From positions 866-64,865 of the forward strand of contig SYGN01000162.1 in the NCBI GenBank assembly GCA_005799525.1: DNA of 64,000 nucleotides, read 5' to 3'. This DNA comes from Opitutaceae bacterium (GTDB lineage Bacteria; Verrucomicrobiota; Verrucomicrobiia; Opitutales; Opitutaceae). Below, one piece after another: positions 60,285 to 64,000 of this stretch (its first letter is position 1; the number at the start of each line of letters is the position of its first letter). The notes under the pieces are model-generated. The model did not search any database. It had not been told where the DNA came from and saw only the letters and a program-made list of their open reading frames with translations. Made by a program: the position numbers and the translations under genes.

Positions 60285-60668
60285 GTGCGAAAAAATCTCG
60301 CCCTCACCTCTTTGCTCTTCGCCTGGCTCTGCGCCAACGGCGCGCTGCTGGACGCCGTGCAGGTCTTCGCCTGGGGCAAGATGTTCGCCGAAAACGCCCG
60401 CACGCTACCCCTCGGCGAAGCGCTCTGCACCACCTTCGATCCCGCCCAGCCGTGTGCTCTCTGCCTCGGCGTCGCCGCCGCGAAAGACACTGCCGCCCGC
60501 GAGCTCCCTTCGTCCGTCGAGCGCCCCGCCGCCGAGAAATTCCTCCTCGCGCTCCACTCCCCCGCACTTCCCTTTTTCGCTCCCCCCTCCGCCGACTGGC
60601 CCGTGACGCTTGCGAGCGTCACGCCGTCGCGCACCGAGCCCGTCCCGCTCCCGCCCCCGCGCGTCTAG
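60285..60668 (+). CDS. Small exported hypothetical protein with CxxC motif
   Basis: 127 aa with a GTG start and an N-terminal hydrophobic segment. PCALC is its only cysteine pair apart from two single Cys. The C-terminal half is proline-rich. No family recognised. Confidence 0.45.
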   Translation: MRKNLALTSLLFAWLCANGALLDAVQVFAWGKMFAENARTLPLGEALCTTFDPAQPCALCLGVAAAKDTAARELPSSVERPAAEKFLLALHSPALPFFAPPSADWPVTLASVTPSRTEPVPLPPPRV

Positions 60669-60822
60669 CGCGCCTCCGCACCGCCGTGTCCGCGCCGCGC
60701 TAAATTTTCGCGCGCGCTGCATCTACGGTTTCCCGACCACCCGTTCGCGTTTTCCGCGAATCACGACCGCGCGTCCGCGTGCCCGCCGCGCTCGTGCCAT
60801 CCCTCCCACACGTCCCACTCCC

Positions 60823-61251
60823 ATGTTTCTCCCTCTCTCCTGCTCTCCTTCTCTCCCGCTCCGCGTCTCCGCAGCCCTCTGCCTTGCCGCCTTCGTCCCA
60901 ACGCTCTCCGCGCAGACGACCCCATCCACCACCGGCGCGCCCCGCACCGCCGCCACAGACGATCCCATCACCCTCGACCGCTTCGCCGTCGCCGCCGAAC
61001 CCGTCACCCAACTCATCTCGCTCACCGCCACCAACGCCGATTTCTCGCTGCAAAAAGGCCAGCAATACGAGGCCGGACTCAAAGGTACTTTCTTCCGAGG
61101 CAAACTCGACGCCACCCTCGCCATCTTCAATCTCCTCAAAAAAGACCTCCTCACGAGTGCAACCGATCCCCTCACCGGCATCCGCACCTCCTTCGAAAAA
61201 ATCGTTCTCGTTCCTCGCAATCGTTCTCGTTCTCTCCCTCCTCGCCCGTAG
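60823..61251 (+). pseudogene. TonB-dependent receptor remnant (signal peptide and plug start fused to a late barrel strand)
   Basis: MFLPLS...LSAQ signal peptide and DDPITLDRFAVAAEP (plug entry) are joined directly to barrel-type QKGQQYEAGLKGTFFRGKLDATLAIFNLLKKDLL. The frame then runs into ATCGTTCTCGTTC repeats. At 142 aa it compares with about 700-1000 aa for intact receptors. Confidence 0.6.
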
Positions 61252-61385
61252 CCCGCCTCGTGAGAGGCGGGACCTTCACCACCAAGACACCGAGCATCCC
61301 TTCATAGCTCGTCTTCTCCGTGCCTCCTTCTCACTCCGTTCGTAGTGCTTGTTTCGCTGCGAGGATTTCATCGTATCTCCTCGCT

Positions 61386-61525
61386 GAATTTGACCACGAA
61401 TCACAAGGATGGGCACGGATACAATCACTGCCTTTACCCGGGTTGATCCGTGAAATCTGTGGTGAAAAAGGATTGCGGTTCTTCGGTTGCGGCGGCGGCG
61501 CGCTGTGCCTCTGTGGTTCAAAAAG
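61386..61525. repeat. Cluster of three short REP-like motifs (..CCGTG..ATCTGTGGT.AAAAAG type)
   Basis: The first motif is GAATTTGACCACGAATCAC..CACGGATAC (61386-61422, reverse orientation). The others are GATCCGTGAAATCTGTGGTGAAAAAG (61445-61470) and CTGTGCCTCTGTGGTTCAAAAAG (61503-61525). The first two are mutually inverted. Confidence 0.55.
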
Positions 61526-61571
61526 CCGTCCCCATCCGCGCCACCCGAATAATCTTTGATCAAAAAATCCT

Positions 61572-63059
61572 ATGAAATTTCCCCTCCGTCTCCTGCTCGC
61601 CTCGTTCGCCCTCGCCGCCCTCGCCCTCGGCTCCTCCGCTTCTCCTGCTCTCAAGTCTCAGCTATCAACTCTCAGCTCCTCCGTCCTTCCCTCCCCCGCC
61701 CCCGCCAACTCCCACTGCGCCAACCTCACCGCCGCCCCCGACGGCACGCTCCACCTCACCTATTACGCCCCCTCTCCGAACTCCGCTCTCCCCACTCCGA
61801 CGCGCGCGCTCTGGCTCGCGTCTCTCGCCCCCGGCGCCACCGCCTTCTCCGCCCCGCGTGCCATCATCACGACCCCACTCCTCATGGAAAACTGGGCCGA
61901 CTTCGCATCCCTCGCCGTCGGCACCGACGGCGCGCTCACCGCCCAATGGTTTCAAAAACTATCGTCCGCCGACGACACCCACGGCTACGACGGTTGGTAT
62001 TCGCGTTCCGATGACGCCGGTCGCACGTGGCGCACGCCCACCCGGCTCGGCTACGAATTCGTCGCCCTCGCCCCGCTCAGCCAAGGCCGCACCCTCGCCG
62101 TCTGGCTCGAAAGCGCCCGCGTCCGCGCCCCCCACACCGCCCCGCGCCCCGAACGCGATCCCAACGTCAAGCGCGATCCCAACGCCCCCCGCCCCCCGCG
62201 TGATCCCAGCGCCCCGTACGCCCCCTCCATGAAACTCCTCGCGCGCCTCCTCGCCGCCGACGGCTCCTCCCTCGGCGAGTGGACCGTCGATCCCGACGTC
62301 TGCACGTGTTGCCAAAACACCGTCGCCGTCCTCCCCGGCGACCGCGTCTTCGCCGCCTACCGCGGCCACACCGCCGACGAAATTCGCGACAATAAATTCT
62401 CCACCTTCGACCTCGCCACCCGCGCCTGGTCCAAACCCGCCACCCTCCGCGACGACGGCTGGAAAATCGCTGCGTGCCCCGTCAATGGCCCCGCCGCCGA
62501 TACCCGCGGCGCCGCCCTCGCCGTCGTCTGGTTCACCGCCGCCCACGGCACTCCTCGCGTCCACGCTCGCTACTCCGCCAACTCCGCCCGCACCTTCACC
62601 GATCCTGTCACCATCGACGTGGGACGCCCGATGGGCCGCCTCGAGACCGTGATGCTCGCCGACCAAACCGCCCTCATTCTCTGGATGGAAACCGGCACCG
62701 CCGAAAACACCGCCGGCATTTACGCCCGCCGCCTCTGGCCCGACGGCCGACTCTCCGCCCCGCAACTCATCGCCGACAGCGCGCAAGCCCGCTCCAGCGG
62801 CTTCCCCCGCGCCGCCCTCCGCTCCAACGGCCGCGTCGTGATCTCCTTCACCCAACCTGGCGAGACCACCCACGTCCGCCTCCTCGAGCTCGACCCCACC
62901 GCCCTCACCCGCCCCACCGCGCTCTCAGCCTTTCCACCCGCCGCTCACCCGGTCTCAGATCTCAAATCCGAAATTTCTGATACTCTGCCCGACTCCTCCC
63001 CTCGCCGCTCCGCCCCCCTCGAATTCTGTATCGCCCCGCTCACCTCACTTCATCCATGA
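61572..63059 (+). CDS. Secreted BNR/Asp-box beta-propeller (sialidase-like fold) protein
   Basis: 495 aa with a signal peptide, the Asp-box SRSDDAGRTW and beta-rich repeats. The stop overlaps the next gene's start (ATGA). Confidence 0.65.
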   Translation: MKFPLRLLLASFALAALALGSSASPALKSQLSTLSSSVLPSPAPANSHCANLTAAPDGTLHLTYYAPSPNSALPTPTRALWLASLAPGATAFSAPRAIITTPLLMENWADFASLAVGTDGALTAQWFQKLSSADDTHGYDGWYSRSDDAGRTWRTPTRLGYEFVALAPLSQGRTLAVWLESARVRAPHTAPRPERDPNVKRDPNAPRPPRDPSAPYAPSMKLLARLLAADGSSLGEWTVDPDVCTCCQNTVAVLPGDRVFAAYRGHTADEIRDNKFSTFDLATRAWSKPATLRDDGWKIAACPVNGPAADTRGAALAVVWFTAAHGTPRVHARYSANSARTFTDPVTIDVGRPMGRLETVMLADQTALILWMETGTAENTAGIYARRLWPDGRLSAPQLIADSAQARSSGFPRAALRSNGRVVISFTQPGETTHVRLLELDPTALTRPTALSAFPPAAHPVSDLKSEISDTLPDSSPRRSAPLEFCIAPLTSLHP

Positions 63060-63415
63060 TTCTCGCCATGAAACCCCGCCTCTTCGCCGCCCTCTGCTTC
63101 GCAACCCCAGTCCTCGCCCCCGCGGCGCTCCTCGCCGTCGAAAAATCCCCCTCGCCAGCCGAAGCTCCCACCGCCCCCAAGCGCCACCCGCTCCGCGGCG
63201 TCATCACTTCCGTCGTCACCGAAAAATCCGCCTTCATGGTGAAACACGAAGAAATCCCTGGCGTGATGCGGGCGATGACCATGATGTTCAAAGTCGACGC
63301 AGCCACCTTCAAGGCCTTCAAAGTCGGCGACGCCCTCACCGGCCAGATGTCCCGCCAGGGCAACAACTGGGTCCTCGAAGAAGTGAAGCCCGCCACCGCG
63401 GCCGGGAAAAAATAG
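63056..63415 (+). CDS. cusF: CusF-like periplasmic Cu(I)/Ag(I)-binding protein
   Basis: 119 aa with a signal peptide. Its sequence GVITSVVTEKSAFMVKHEEIPGVMRAMTMMFKV...GDALTGQM has the His/Met-rich MxM pattern and OB-fold layout of the CusF family. Confidence 0.7.
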   Translation: MILAMKPRLFAALCFATPVLAPAALLAVEKSPSPAEAPTAPKRHPLRGVITSVVTEKSAFMVKHEEIPGVMRAMTMMFKVDAATFKAFKVGDALTGQMSRQGNNWVLEEVKPATAAGKK

Positions 63416-63539
63416 TCCGCCCTCGCCCCGCGCTCCGCGTAGCAGCAAGCGCCAGCGAGTGTTCCGACCGCACGCCCCGACCGCACTCGTCTCGTTCATC
63501 CCTTCCGTTGCTGCAGTCCCTTCCCGATCCCGCACCCCC

Positions 63540-64000
63540 ATGCCCACCCTCTTCGTTATCGCCGCCCCAACGGTGCCGGCAAAACCACCTACGTCCGGCG
63601 TTTTCTCCCGCAGGAAATGCGCTGCCGTGAGTTCGTAAACGCAGACCTCATCGCCGCCGGCCTCTCGCCCTTCACGGCTGACAAAGCTGCCTTTGAGGCC
63701 GGCCGCATCATGCTCCGTCGTCTCCGCGACCTCTCGACTCGCAACGAAAGTTTTTCGTTTAGACCACGCTATCCGGCCGCGCCTACGCCCCGCTCCTCCG
63801 CGAGATGCGTTCCGCCGGCTGTTTTATCCAGCTCGATTTCCTCTGGATTCCACATCCCGACATCACCCGCCATCGCGTCCGCCAGCGCGTCACCAAAGGC
63901 GGCCACAACATCCCCGACGACGTGCAACTGCGCCGTTTCCATCTCGTCTTCCGCAACCTCGCCGAACTCTACCGCCCGCTCCTCGACCACTGGCGTCTCT
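63540..64000 (+). pseudogene. Zeta-toxin/AAA-ATPase family (COG4185-like) gene with two 1-nt deletions, 3' end outside window
   Basis: ATG at 63540 gives MPTLFVIA. The Walker A motif G-PNGAGKTT is readable only after a +1 shift near 63565. A second shift near 63760 restores ETTLSGRAY...DFLWIPHPDITRHRVRQRVTKGGHNIPDDV. The first frame ends in TAA after 33 codons. Confidence 0.7.

Overview
This is a 64-kb stretch of a high-GC bacterial chromosome (about 65-72% GC in the lines I counted by hand). The gene content points to the PVC superphylum, most likely a Verrucomicrobia/Opitutaceae-like organism. That placement is an inference from a DUF1501 plus PSCyt/DUF1549/DUF1553 gene pair, three CarboxypepD_reg-type TonB-dependent receptors, Tat-signal TIM-barrel isomerases and a DUF1080 protein.

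Core genes (rodA 3' end, RNase G, RapA) are interleaved with a lot of accessory and decaying material:
- a HipBA module with three 27-bp-spaced operator palindromes, and a VapBC module
- an inverted pair of ~115-nt REP/MITE-like elements bracketing a 6.1-kb block (esterase, CusRS-like two-component system, large membrane protein)
- a 1.9-kb ISAs1-type insertion sequence whose transposase carries an N-terminal DUF4338 (DruA-like) domain. It has an 8-bp target duplication, sits on the stop codon of a neighbouring gene, and is itself inactivated
- two paralogous secreted alpha/beta-hydrolase genes, each preceded by the same perfect palindrome, bracketing an NHL beta-propeller gene and followed by an O-methyltransferase
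- a low-GC defence-type islet: a DUF262/DUF1524 GmrSD-like gene with one in-frame TAA, plus a 5'-truncated AlbA_2/HATPase_c_4 gene
- a copper-type cluster: small CxxC protein, internally deleted TonB receptor remnant, BNR propeller, CusF-like protein
- a zeta-toxin-like pseudogene

At least seven loci are pseudogenes or remnants. I saw no rRNA, tRNA or CRISPR array. Many long ORFs in the track are antisense artefacts of high GC. All domain calls come from reading motifs by eye, and HMM or BLAST confirmation is needed throughout.
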